From NCBI GenBank assembly GCA_902780495.1, contig CACZFM010000011.1, positions 65,983-129,982 on the forward strand: a DNA stretch of 64,000 nucleotides, given 5' to 3'. The DNA comes from an uncultured Bacteroidales bacterium (GTDB lineage Bacteria; Bacteroidota; Bacteroidia; Bacteroidales; Paludibacteraceae). The translations under genes and the position numbers were made by a program. Below are positions 9,111 to 18,040 of the stretch, piece by piece. The notes below the pieces were generated by a model, which ran no database searches, was not told the DNA's origin, and saw only the letters and a program-made list of their open reading frames with translations. Position 1 is the stretch's first letter. Each line of letters begins with the position of its first letter.

Positions 9111-9160
9111 ACGAACAACTGCCAACAACTACGAACAACTATGAACAACTACGAACAACT
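9111..9160. repeat. tandem repeat, five exact-phase 10-bp units NNNAACAACT
   Basis: acgaacaact gccaacaact acgaacaact atgaacaact acgaacaact. The array ends 4 nt from the DUF4248 stop codon. Confidence 0.9.
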
Positions 9161-9164
9161 GCTA

Positions 9165-9359
9165 TCATTCGTCAAGTTCGATGTCATATTTCTCGCAGAT
9201 ATACCGTACCACACAAGGGGGTAGATATTTGGCTTTGGGAGACAGATTAACGCTGCGTAGGATGTCTTGATCGTTACGCAGCCATGAACTAAACGTAGAA
9301 AGGCTGACACCCGCGGCATCAGCCAGCTCAGATTTGAGCATAGATTTATATTTTGCCAT
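9165..9359 (-). CDS. DUF4248 domain-containing protein (small helix-turn-helix-like Bacteroidales protein)
   Basis: The 64-aa sequence MAKYKSMLKSELADAAGVSLSTFSSWLRN... matches my recollection of the DUF4248 family. Confidence 0.65.
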   Translation of the reverse strand: MAKYKSMLKSELADAAGVSLSTFSSWLRNDQDILRSVNLSPKAKYLPPCVVRYICEKYDIELDE

Positions 9360-10005
9360 TGTATTTGCTTGGTTTTAAATTTGTTTACATTCCGAGATTT
9401 CAGTAAGTAACCAAGCAAAACGGCGGTGCCCTGGGTTTAGGCCTAAGGCTATGATTATTTTACTTCTGCGCCTTGGGCGTTGTAGGTTTTGCCGTTGCGG
9501 AGGATGAGGAGACGGCCATCTTTGATGACCTTATTTGTCATTGGTGATTGGTCATTGGTGATTTGGTTGAGGGCAGTAGACGCCGATGCGGCACGCACGA
9601 GACGAACCGAATAGCCACACCAACGGTCGATGAATTTATTAACTTGTGAATGCCCTTGGGTGACAGCTGTTTATAGCAGAGCGGTGTATTTTTGTAGTAT
9701 CTTCGGACGCAATATTTGTAGTAACTTAGGCCCTCCCTGCTACTTGCGCAATAAGGAGTTCTATGTGCTCGACGTCGAAGTCTCGCACTCGCGCGCCGCA
9801 CTTACCCCTCAAAATGTCCACCGGACATTCTTCGGTGCGGCTTAATCGCTTCACCAGCGCCGAAGTTGTTTTGAAATGATTTTTTGTCAGTGCAACGCAC
9901 TTTGTTTTTAGCCGATACCCCTGTCACTTTATGCAAGCATGAGTGCCAAGAGTACCGACTAAAAACATCAAACTATATTTGATTGGACAAAAAATCATTC
10001 CAAAA

Positions 10006-10037
10006 TTTGCGTATGTGCAGTTTTTGTAGTAATTTTG
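10006..10037 (+). promoter_or_regulatory. Bacteroidetes-type promoter (TTTG, 20 nt, TAatTTTG) for the HAD hydrolase gene
   Basis: tttgcgtatgtgcagtttttgtagtaattttg, nearly identical to the minus-strand promoter at 41107-41138. Confidence 0.65.
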
Positions 10038-10068
10038 CACCCGGATTGACTGAAGAAAAATATTTACT

Positions 10069-10770
10069 ATGGTATCCTTTAATCTGCATATCTCGCATCG
10101 CTACCGCTGCTACATCTTCGATTTAGATGGAACACTGCTTGATACCATTGCCGACTTGGGCGCAGCATGTAATCATGCTCTGGCGGAATGCGGTCACCCG
10201 CAACATCCCGTGGAAGTGGTGGAAAAAATGGTCGGTAACGGCATCAATGCGCTTTTGTTCCGTGCAATGCCGGAGCGTTTCAAAGCGGGCATGACGGGCT
10301 ATGAACCTCTCACACCGCTTGCCAAGGCGGAGATTATGCGTTTGCGCAAAGCTTTTATCCCTTATTATGACCGCCATTGCTATGACCGTACGGCGCCCTA
10401 TGCGGGCATTCCCGAACTGCTGGCTTCTCTCAAAGCGGAAGGTGCTTTTCTGGCCGTGGCAAGCAATAAGTATCAGGCGGCTACAGAAGCCATTGTCTCG
10501 CATTGCTTTCCCGGTATGTTTGATGTCGTATTGGGCGAACGTGACGGTGTTCCGCGCAAGCCGGACCCGCAGATTGTGGATGACATCTTGAACCGTGTAG
10601 GGGTGGCGAAAGCGGACACATTATATATAGGTGACAGTCTGGTGGATGTTCGGACGGCCGGTAATGCCGGCGTCGATTTCCGTGCATGTGCTTGGGGATT
10701 CACGCCGGAAGCAACGCTTCTTCAGGCAGGTGTCACGCTGATAGACAGGCAATTAGATGCGCAGAACTGA
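10069..10770 (+). CDS. HAD-family hydrolase (phosphoglycolate-phosphatase-like)
   Basis: DxDxT motif IFDLDGTLLDT, and GDSLVDV motif IV. Confidence 0.8.
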   Translation: MVSFNLHISHRYRCYIFDLDGTLLDTIADLGAACNHALAECGHPQHPVEVVEKMVGNGINALLFRAMPERFKAGMTGYEPLTPLAKAEIMRLRKAFIPYYDRHCYDRTAPYAGIPELLASLKAEGAFLAVASNKYQAATEAIVSHCFPGMFDVVLGERDGVPRKPDPQIVDDILNRVGVAKADTLYIGDSLVDVRTAGNAGVDFRACAWGFTPEATLLQAGVTLIDRQLDAQN

Positions 10771-10811
10771 GGAATAAACAACAGGCTGTGATACTTTTTT
10801 TGTAAAAATAC

Positions 10812-10842
10812 TTGCATAATTCAAAAAAAAGCACTACCTTTG
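10812..10842 (+). promoter_or_regulatory. Bacteroidetes-type promoter (TTG, 20 nt, TAccTTTG)
   Basis: ttgcataattcaaaaaaaagcactacctttg lies 30 nt upstream of the ATG at 10872. Confidence 0.65.
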
Positions 10843-10871
10843 CAGCGGATTTTTCAAAACATAGAAACGGT

Positions 10872-12059
10872 ATGCTCGAGAGTTTTTACGTAACACATGC
10901 TAATCTTGTCGCCAACCTGGAAGTTCCCATTCGTCGGAAACTGATGGACGATGTGGATTGGAATGACCGTCTTATCGCTATTAAAGGCGGACGTGGGGTC
11001 GGGAAGACTGACTTCCTCTTGGATTATGCCAGGCACTTGCGGGACACTTTGCCCGAATCCGAACAACGTTCGGTGCTGTATATCAACCTGAACAACTTCT
11101 ATTTCACCGAACATTCGCTCTATGAGTTTGCCGGTGAGTTTGTGGCTGCCGGTGGACGAACGCTGTTGCTGGACCAGACATTCAAATATGAAAACTGGTC
11201 GAAAGAGTTGAGCAATTGTTATTTCCGTTACACCTCTTTGCACATCGTTTTTTCCGCATCTCCGCTGATGAAACTGAAAGAGGGCAACTCGGACATCGGA
11301 CATATAGTCAAAGTATATAACTTCCGCGGTTATTCGTTCCGTGAATACCTAAACCTGAAGACCAAAGCCAATCTGCCGTTCTATAGTCTGGACGATATCC
11401 TGCAAAATCACGAACAGATAGCCAGGTCGGTCTGCACGCATGTCAAGCCGTTGTGGTATTTCCCCGATTATCTGAAGCAGGGCTACTATCCCTATCGCGA
11501 AGTGAGTCGCGATTTTTCGGAGACACTCCTCAAAACCATGAATATGATGCTTGAGGTGGATGTGCTGCTCAACAAACCGATGGATGTCAGCTATCTGGGA
11601 AAAATGCGCCAGTTGCTCTATCGCCTGATGCTGGAGGTGCCTTGTTCGCTTAATATCACCGAACTGGCAACATCCATCAACACCTCGCGTGCAACCATAA
11701 TGAACTATATAAAGAATCTCAAGGATGCCCGTCTGCTCAATTTGTTGTACGCGGACGGAAAAGAGTATCCGATGAAACCCTCCAAAGTCTATATGCAGAA
11801 TCCCAATCTGTGTTATGCGCAGACTACGCGTCCTGTGGACCAACAGGCTATTGCGGAAACATTCTTCTACTCGGCACTGCATGGCTCGGAGAAAATCAAC
11901 GACTCGGAGAACTCCACCTTCCTTGTCAATCATACCATCCGAATGGATGTCTGTGCCACTTCTCCCAAGACGGAAGTGTTCCGTTACACCGCAGTAGCAG
12001 ACATTGAGAGAGGAGAGGATAAACTCATACCCCTTTGGCTGTTCGGATTCCTTTACTGA
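10872..12059 (+). CDS. AAA-family ATPase (COG1373-like)
   Basis: Walker A IKGGRGVGKT. Start set to the ATG at 10872, because the promoter box lies inside the longer ORF. Confidence 0.7.
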   Translation: MLESFYVTHANLVANLEVPIRRKLMDDVDWNDRLIAIKGGRGVGKTDFLLDYARHLRDTLPESEQRSVLYINLNNFYFTEHSLYEFAGEFVAAGGRTLLLDQTFKYENWSKELSNCYFRYTSLHIVFSASPLMKLKEGNSDIGHIVKVYNFRGYSFREYLNLKTKANLPFYSLDDILQNHEQIARSVCTHVKPLWYFPDYLKQGYYPYREVSRDFSETLLKTMNMMLEVDVLLNKPMDVSYLGKMRQLLYRLMLEVPCSLNITELATSINTSRATIMNYIKNLKDARLLNLLYADGKEYPMKPSKVYMQNPNLCYAQTTRPVDQQAIAETFFYSALHGSEKINDSENSTFLVNHTIRMDVCATSPKTEVFRYTAVADIERGEDKLIPLWLFGFLY

Positions 12060-12089
12060 TGCTAACTATATAAACCACTCAATACAATT

Positions 12090-15000
12090 ATGCAAAACAA
12101 GAAATTTATCACATGTGATGGTAACGCGGCGGCGGCACATATCGCCTATATGTTTACCGAAGTGGCTGCAATCTATCCCATCACGCCGTCTTCGCCTATG
12201 GCAGAGAACGTAGACGAATGGGCTGCCGGAGGCAGAAAGAACATGTTCGGTGAAACCGTTCTGGTGCAAGAAATGCAATCGGAGGCCGGTGCTGCCGGTG
12301 CCGTACACGGTTCGCTCTCGGCAGGTGCGCTCACCACTACTTTCACAGCCTCACAAGGCCTGTTGCTGATGATTCCGAACATGTATAAGATTGCAGGAGA
12401 ATTGCTTCCTACCGTCTTTCATGTATCGGCACGTACGCTGGCCAGCCATGTGCTCTGTATCTTCGGTGACCATCAGGATGTGATGGCATGTCGGCAAACC
12501 GGATTTGCCATGCTGGCGGAAGGTTCCGTACAGGAAGTAATGGATTTGTCGGGTGTGGCACATCTTTCCACCATCAAGACCCGCGTACCGTTCCTCAATT
12601 TCTTTGACGGTTTCCGCACATCGCATGAGTATCAGAAGATAGAGGCTATTGATATGGAAGACCTTCGTCCGTTGGTGGATATGGAGGCTTTGCAAGCGTT
12701 CCGCAATCGCGCTATGTCGCCTATGCACCCTGACACACGCGGACTGAACGAGAATCCCGATGTGTTCTTCACACACCGTGAGGCCTCTAACCGTTATTAC
12801 GATGCTGTGGCAGACGTGGTGGCCGATTATATGGATAAAATCAGTGCTATTACCGGACGCAAATATCGTCCCTTCTCCTATTACGGAGCAGCCGATGCCG
12901 AGAATATCATCATCGCTATGGGATCGGTCAGCGAGTGCTTGAAAGAGGTCATTGACCACGAAGCCGCAAAAGGACACAAACTGGGTATGATCAATGTTCA
13001 TCTCTACCGTCCTTTCAGCCTGAAATATCTGGAAGAGGCACTGCCCAAGACCGTCAAACGCATCTGCGTCCTCGACCGCACCAAAGAACCCGGTGCCAAT
13101 GGCGAACCGCTCTATCTGGATGTAAAAGCCGCTTTGGACGAGATGGGACGTCAGGACTTGCTCGTTATAGGCGGACGCTATGGCTTGGGTAGTAACGATA
13201 CGACACCCGCACAGATGTTGGCCGTTTATGAGAACCTCGCCCTGCCTATGCCGAAAAACCATTTCACGGTCGGTATCAATGACGATGTAACCTTCCTGAG
13301 CCTGCCCGTAGGAGAAGAAATAGCCATGGGCGGAAAGGGTATGTTCCAGGCCAAATTCTACGGACTGGGTGCTGACGGTACGGTTGGTGCCAATAAGAAC
13401 TCGGTGAAAATCATCGGTGACACTACCGACAAATATTGTCAGGCTTACTTCTCGTACGACTCGAAGAAATCCGGCGGTTTCACCTGCTCGCACTTGCGTT
13501 TTGGTGATGAACCCATTCGTTCCACCTATCTGGTGACAACGCCTAACTTCGTGGCTTGCCACGTACAAGCATACCTCCACATGTATGATGTCACACGCGG
13601 ACTGCAAGATAATGGCACTTTCCTGCTCAATACCATTTGGAATGGCGAAGAGTTGCGTCGCAATCTGCCGGACGGAATCAAGAAATACTTTGCGGATCAC
13701 CATATCAATGTCTATTACATCAACGCAACGAAGATTGCGCAGGAGATTGGACTCGGTAACCGTACCAACACCATTCTGCAATCGGCTTTCTTCCGCATCA
13801 CAGGTGTTATCCCTGTAGAGAAAGCGGTGGAAGAGATGAAACACTTCATCGACAAATCCTACGGCAAGAAGGGTGAAGACGTGGTGAAGAAAAACTATGC
13901 AGCCGTTGACCGCGGCGGTGAGTATCAGAAACTGGATATTGACCCCGCATGGAGCAATCTCACCGTTACCGATGCCCCGTTGGGAGTGCAGGCGGGCGAC
14001 CCCGATTTCATTAAGAACCTGGTACGTCCCATCAACGCGCAGAACGGCGACCTGCTGCCTGTTTCCGCTTTTATGGGTATTGAAGACGGCGTTTGGCAGT
14101 CCGGTACCAGTAAGTTCGAGAAACGTGGCGTAAGTGCTTTTGTGCCCGTTTGGGAAGCAGACAACTGTATAGAGTGTAATAAGTGTGCTTATGTATGTCC
14201 TCACGCTTGCATCCGACCCTTCGTTATGGATGAGCAAGAGGTGAAAGGCCTCAACGGCAAGACACGCGAGATGAAAGCACCTACTGCCATGAAGGGTATG
14301 CATTTCCGTATGCAGGTAGGCGTTATGGATTGCCTTGGCTGCGGCAACTGTGTGGATGTTTGTCCGGGTAACCCGAAAACAGGCAAAGCCCTTAAGATGG
14401 TTGATTTGGAAAGCCAACTGGCAGAAGCGGACAACTGGACATGGTGCGTAGAGAATGTGAAATCGAAACAAGACCTTGTGGACATCCGTTCCAATGTGAA
14501 GAACTCACAGTTTGCAACGCCGCTCTTTGAGTTCTCCGGTGCTTGCTCCGGTTGTGGCGAAACGCCTTATCTGAAACTTATCAGCCAGTTGTTTGGCGAC
14601 CGTGAAATAGTGGGTAACGCAACAGGTTGCACCTCCATCTATTCGGCTGCCGTTCCTTCTACGCCTTACACCAAGAATGAGAAGGGCTGTGGACCTACTT
14701 GGTCTAATTCGCTCTTCGAGGACTTCTGTGAGTTTGCTCTGGGTATGCAGATTGCGCACAAGAAAATGCAGGCGCGTATCTATGCACTCATGGAGAAAGG
14801 CCTCACATGCGACTGTTGCTCCGATGAGCTGAAAGCCATGTTCCGCGAATGGATGGAGCACCATACCGATGCTGACACCACCAAACGTCTCTACGAACCC
14901 CTTGTGGCGGCAATGGAGGCGTGCGGATGCGATACCTGCAAAGCCATTCTTGCTTGCAAAGACCACCTCGTTAAACGCTCGCAATGGGCGGTTGGCGGAG

Positions 15001-15647
15001 ACGGCGCAAGTTATGACATCGGTTACGGAGGACTTGACCACGTCATCGCTTCCGGCGAAGATGTCAATATCCTTGTCTTGGATACGGAGGTTTATTCCAA
15101 CACCGGTGGTCAGGCGTCCAAATCAACTCCGCTTGGCGCTATCGCCAAGTTCGCTGCGGCCGGAAAGCGCGTACGCAAGAAAGACCTTGGCATGATTGCC
15201 ACCACCTATGGCTATGTTTACGTAGCGCAGGTGGCTATGGGCGCAGACCAAGCGCAGACCTTGAAGGCTATCCGTGAGGCAGAGGCATATCCCGGACCGT
15301 CTCTTATCATCGCTTACGCACCGTGTATCAACCACGGACTGAAAGCCGGTATGGGTAAGAGTCAGGAGGAAGAGGCCAAAGCCGTTGAGTGCGGTTACTG
15401 GCATCTGTGGCGTTACAACCCGATGCTGGAGGCAGAAGGCAAGAATCCGTTCTCGCTTGACTCCAAAGAGCCTGACTGGTCTAAATTCAACGACTTCCTG
15501 AAAGGAGAGGTACGCTTTGCATCGGTAATGAAACAGTATCCGACGGAAGCTGCCGACCTGTTCAAGGCTGCCGAGGATAATGCGCATTGGCGTTATCGTT
15601 CCTATCAGCGTATGCTCTCCACCGATTGGAGCAAGGCCGAGGAGTAA
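12090..15647 (+). CDS. nifJ: pyruvate:ferredoxin (flavodoxin) oxidoreductase
   Basis: 1185 aa. Two ferredoxin-type clusters, CIECNKCAYVCPHAC and CLGCGNCVDVCP. TPP-binding GGDGASYDIGYGGLDH. Confidence 0.95.
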   Translation: MQNKKFITCDGNAAAAHIAYMFTEVAAIYPITPSSPMAENVDEWAAGGRKNMFGETVLVQEMQSEAGAAGAVHGSLSAGALTTTFTASQGLLLMIPNMYKIAGELLPTVFHVSARTLASHVLCIFGDHQDVMACRQTGFAMLAEGSVQEVMDLSGVAHLSTIKTRVPFLNFFDGFRTSHEYQKIEAIDMEDLRPLVDMEALQAFRNRAMSPMHPDTRGLNENPDVFFTHREASNRYYDAVADVVADYMDKISAITGRKYRPFSYYGAADAENIIIAMGSVSECLKEVIDHEAAKGHKLGMINVHLYRPFSLKYLEEALPKTVKRICVLDRTKEPGANGEPLYLDVKAALDEMGRQDLLVIGGRYGLGSNDTTPAQMLAVYENLALPMPKNHFTVGINDDVTFLSLPVGEEIAMGGKGMFQAKFYGLGADGTVGANKNSVKIIGDTTDKYCQAYFSYDSKKSGGFTCSHLRFGDEPIRSTYLVTTPNFVACHVQAYLHMYDVTRGLQDNGTFLLNTIWNGEELRRNLPDGIKKYFADHHINVYYINATKIAQEIGLGNRTNTILQSAFFRITGVIPVEKAVEEMKHFIDKSYGKKGEDVVKKNYAAVDRGGEYQKLDIDPAWSNLTVTDAPLGVQAGDPDFIKNLVRPINAQNGDLLPVSAFMGIEDGVWQSGTSKFEKRGVSAFVPVWEADNCIECNKCAYVCPHACIRPFVMDEQEVKGLNGKTREMKAPTAMKGMHFRMQVGVMDCLGCGNCVDVCPGNPKTGKALKMVDLESQLAEADNWTWCVENVKSKQDLVDIRSNVKNSQFATPLFEFSGACSGCGETPYLKLISQLFGDREIVGNATGCTSIYSAAVPSTPYTKNEKGCGPTWSNSLFEDFCEFALGMQIAHKKMQARIYALMEKGLTCDCCSDELKAMFREWMEHHTDADTTKRLYEPLVAAMEACGCDTCKAILACKDHLVKRSQWAVGGDGASYDIGYGGLDHVIASGEDVNILVLDTEVYSNTGGQASKSTPLGAIAKFAAAGKRVRKKDLGMIATTYGYVYVAQVAMGADQAQTLKAIREAEAYPGPSLIIAYAPCINHGLKAGMGKSQEEEAKAVECGYWHLWRYNPMLEAEGKNPFSLDSKEPDWSKFNDFLKGEVRFASVMKQYPTEAADLFKAAEDNAHWRYRSYQRMLSTDWSKAEE

Positions 15648-15650
15648 TCT

Positions 15651-17696
15651 ATGTTTCACTTCAAAAAGAAAAAACGCTCCTACGCAGGGCTTTGGATTAT
15701 TCTGGTTGCCGCCATTGTGCTGGAACTGACAGCCTGCATCCAATACGTGTTCAGCCGTGCCGGTATACGCGCAGAGGCCGAGCAACGCGCCCGTAGCGAA
15801 CTATGTAGGGCAGAACTGGAAATAAACGTCGTAACCGCCCAAATGGAAGCCGCTGTGCAGATGCTTGCCATGCTTGCAGAAAAACACGTGGACAGCCCGG
15901 ATTCCATAGCGGAGGCCACCAGAGCATTGGTCAGCACCCTGAAGAGCGTGCGCAGTGCGGGGATTGCCTATACGGCGGATTATTTCCCGCAGCAGGGACA
16001 TTGGTTCGAAGTCTGCAGCAGCCGTGAGACCATGGACGGCAAAACCATCGTCTATACGCGCCAAATCGGCAACCAAAATCACGACTATTTGCAGACCGAG
16101 TGGTTTGCCAACGGTATGACGATTGACAGTTGCTGGTGGAGTGAACCGTATTACGACGATTCGGGTGCCCGTGCGATGGTGGTGAGTTGCTCTTATCCCA
16201 TTCGAAACGCGAAAGGGGAGAAAGTGGCAGTCGCTTTGGTGGATTTGTCACTGGAGTACCTGAAGACTGTTTCCGACTATCTGCAGGTGTACAAGGACAG
16301 TTACTATTCCATCGTCTCCAGCAAAGGACTGGATATTGTGGCTCATCCGGATACTATTGAGGGCAAGAAATACCATATCTTCGACGAGGAGATAGATGCA
16401 ACAGGATGGCATATATCGGTCATCATTCCCGATGATGTCATTTTTGCGGACCTGAAACGTATCAGTTTGATTGTCATGCTGCTGATGCTGGCAGGTCTGG
16501 CCATTCTGGCTTTCATCGTCTATCGGGCAGGTCGGGATATGCTTCGTCTGGTGGATTCCACGGCAGCGAACGAGCGGATGGAAAACGAACTGAACATAGC
16601 CCGTTCCATTCAGATGGCTATGGTGCCCAAAGTCTTTCCTCCGTTCCCGGACCGCTTGGATTTGGATATCTACGGCATGGTCAATCCGGCTAAAGAGGTT
16701 GGGGGAGATTTGTATGATTTCTACCTGCGTACCGATAAGTTATTTTTCTGCATAGGTGATGTGAGTGGCAAGGGCGTTCCTGCCGCGTTGGTGATGGCGA
16801 CTATACGTTCCCTGTTCCGAAGTATTGCCGCGCAAGAGGAAGGACCGGCTGCCATTATGGGCAGAATGAATGACACGCTTTCCGAGCAAAACGGACAGAA
16901 CATGTTTGTCACCCTTTTCCTTGGCATACTGGATATGCATACGGGCAGGTTGGATTACTGCAACGCCGGCCATAATGCGCCTGTGCTGCAGGGTAGGAAA
17001 CTGGAGGTGGTGCCCAATTTGCCACTTGGCATCATGCAAGGATATGTGTATCAGGCGCAAACCACACAATTGGAATACAATCAGTTGCTCTTCCTCTACA
17101 CCGATGGTCTGACCGAAGCGGAGAATGACAGCCAGCACCAATATGGCGAAGAACGGATGTTGAACGTGCTGCAGGGTATTGCCAACAACCGTCCGCGCAA
17201 TGTGGTGGAAACCTTGCAAGCCGATGTGGAAGCGTTCGTGGGCGATGCGCAACAGAGTGATGACCTGACGATGATGGCCATTCGCTACCAAATTCCGGCC
17301 ATCGTGTTCCGCAATGACATACAGCAGATTCCCACTTTGTCGGAATGGATTGAAGGGCTGAATTTGCCCAAAGAACTGGATATGCCGGTCAATCTGGCAT
17401 TGGAAGAAGCCGTGAGCAATGTTATGTTGTACGCTTATCCGGAGAACCGAAACGGACAAGTGCTGGTGGAATTTGCTCGAACGAGCGACCAGGCAGGTGA
17501 AAAAATCGTCTTCACCATTTCGGATACCGGCATTCCGTTCGACCCGACCCAAAAAGAAGAAGTGGATATCACGCTATCTTCCGAACAGCGTGCCATTGGC
17601 GGACTGGGCATACACTTGGTGCGCAAACTGATGGATGAAATGGAATACAAACGCGAAGGGAATAAAAACGTATTGACACTGATAAAGAATTTATAA
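15651..17696 (+). CDS. membrane sensor protein: extracytoplasmic domain + SpoIIE/PP2C phosphatase + C-terminal RsbW-like GHKL ATPase
   Basis: Two TM segments (LWIILVAAIVLELTACIQYVF and ISLIVMLLMLAGLAILAFIVY). PP2C motifs GDVSGKGVPAALVMA and YTDGLTEA. C-terminal ...EEAVSNVMLYAY...ISDTGIPFDP...GGLGIHLVRKLMDE. Confidence 0.85.
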   Translation: MFHFKKKKRSYAGLWIILVAAIVLELTACIQYVFSRAGIRAEAEQRARSELCRAELEINVVTAQMEAAVQMLAMLAEKHVDSPDSIAEATRALVSTLKSVRSAGIAYTADYFPQQGHWFEVCSSRETMDGKTIVYTRQIGNQNHDYLQTEWFANGMTIDSCWWSEPYYDDSGARAMVVSCSYPIRNAKGEKVAVALVDLSLEYLKTVSDYLQVYKDSYYSIVSSKGLDIVAHPDTIEGKKYHIFDEEIDATGWHISVIIPDDVIFADLKRISLIVMLLMLAGLAILAFIVYRAGRDMLRLVDSTAANERMENELNIARSIQMAMVPKVFPPFPDRLDLDIYGMVNPAKEVGGDLYDFYLRTDKLFFCIGDVSGKGVPAALVMATIRSLFRSIAAQEEGPAAIMGRMNDTLSEQNGQNMFVTLFLGILDMHTGRLDYCNAGHNAPVLQGRKLEVVPNLPLGIMQGYVYQAQTTQLEYNQLLFLYTDGLTEAENDSQHQYGEERMLNVLQGIANNRPRNVVETLQADVEAFVGDAQQSDDLTMMAIRYQIPAIVFRNDIQQIPTLSEWIEGLNLPKELDMPVNLALEEAVSNVMLYAYPENRNGQVLVEFARTSDQAGEKIVFTISDTGIPFDPTQKEEVDITLSSEQRAIGGLGIHLVRKLMDEMEYKREGNKNVLTLIKNL

Positions 17697-17721
17697 CCAA
17701 TCATATAAAAGAGCAGATAAG

Positions 17722-18027
17722 ATGATGATAACGAAAATCGAGGAAAAGGAGAATCGGTTGATTGCTTTTTTCGCAGGTCGTTTGGATACGGCAGCTGCGG
17801 TGCAGACAACGGAAGATGTCAAACCGCTTTTGCAGGTTTCCGACAAGGAGATTGTTCTGGATTGTACGGATCTGGCATACATATCTTCATCGGGACTCCG
17901 TATCTTCCTTTCCATCCGTAAAGAGGCGGCCACAAAGGGAAACAGGGTCATTGTGCGCAATATCAATGCCGATATCCGGCAAGTGTTTATGATGACAGGT
18001 TTCATCAGTTTGTTTGAAATCGAATAA
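17722..18027 (+). CDS. STAS-domain anti-sigma-factor-antagonist-like protein (RsbV/SpoIIAA type)
   Basis: 101 aa, with DCTDLAYISSSGLRIFLSIRK carrying the conserved phospho-acceptor Ser context. Confidence 0.85.
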   Translation: MMITKIEEKENRLIAFFAGRLDTAAAVQTTEDVKPLLQVSDKEIVLDCTDLAYISSSGLRIFLSIRKEAATKGNRVIVRNINADIRQVFMMTGFISLFEIE

Positions 18028-18040
18028 TTTTTCCGGCCCT

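Noticed and set aside
9111-9160. Possible CRISPR array, considered for this and the other tandem arrays.
   Set aside because: The units are only 9-12 bp and sit directly head-to-tail with no spacers. There are no cas genes in the window.
9770-9865. GC-rich nested hairpins as a known ncRNA (tmRNA, SRP RNA, 6S or RNase P).
   Set aside because: None of the diagnostic motifs is present: no tRNA-like 3' end with a TTCGA loop, no SRP GGAA/AGCA domain, and no RNase P GAGGAAAGUCC. It is kept only as part of the gene-poor-region finding.
12351-14471. 706-aa ORF antisense to nifJ.
   Set aside because: It is a shadow ORF. The plus-strand frame carries unmistakable PFOR motifs (FeS clusters, TPP site). 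The antisense product has no motif and an odd composition. The same reasoning applies to 19144-20583 (479 aa, antisense to the APH-like and HD genes), 45782-47017 (411 aa, antisense to the TPR gene), 18047-18919, 16740-17552, 511-1296 and the other long antisense ORFs.
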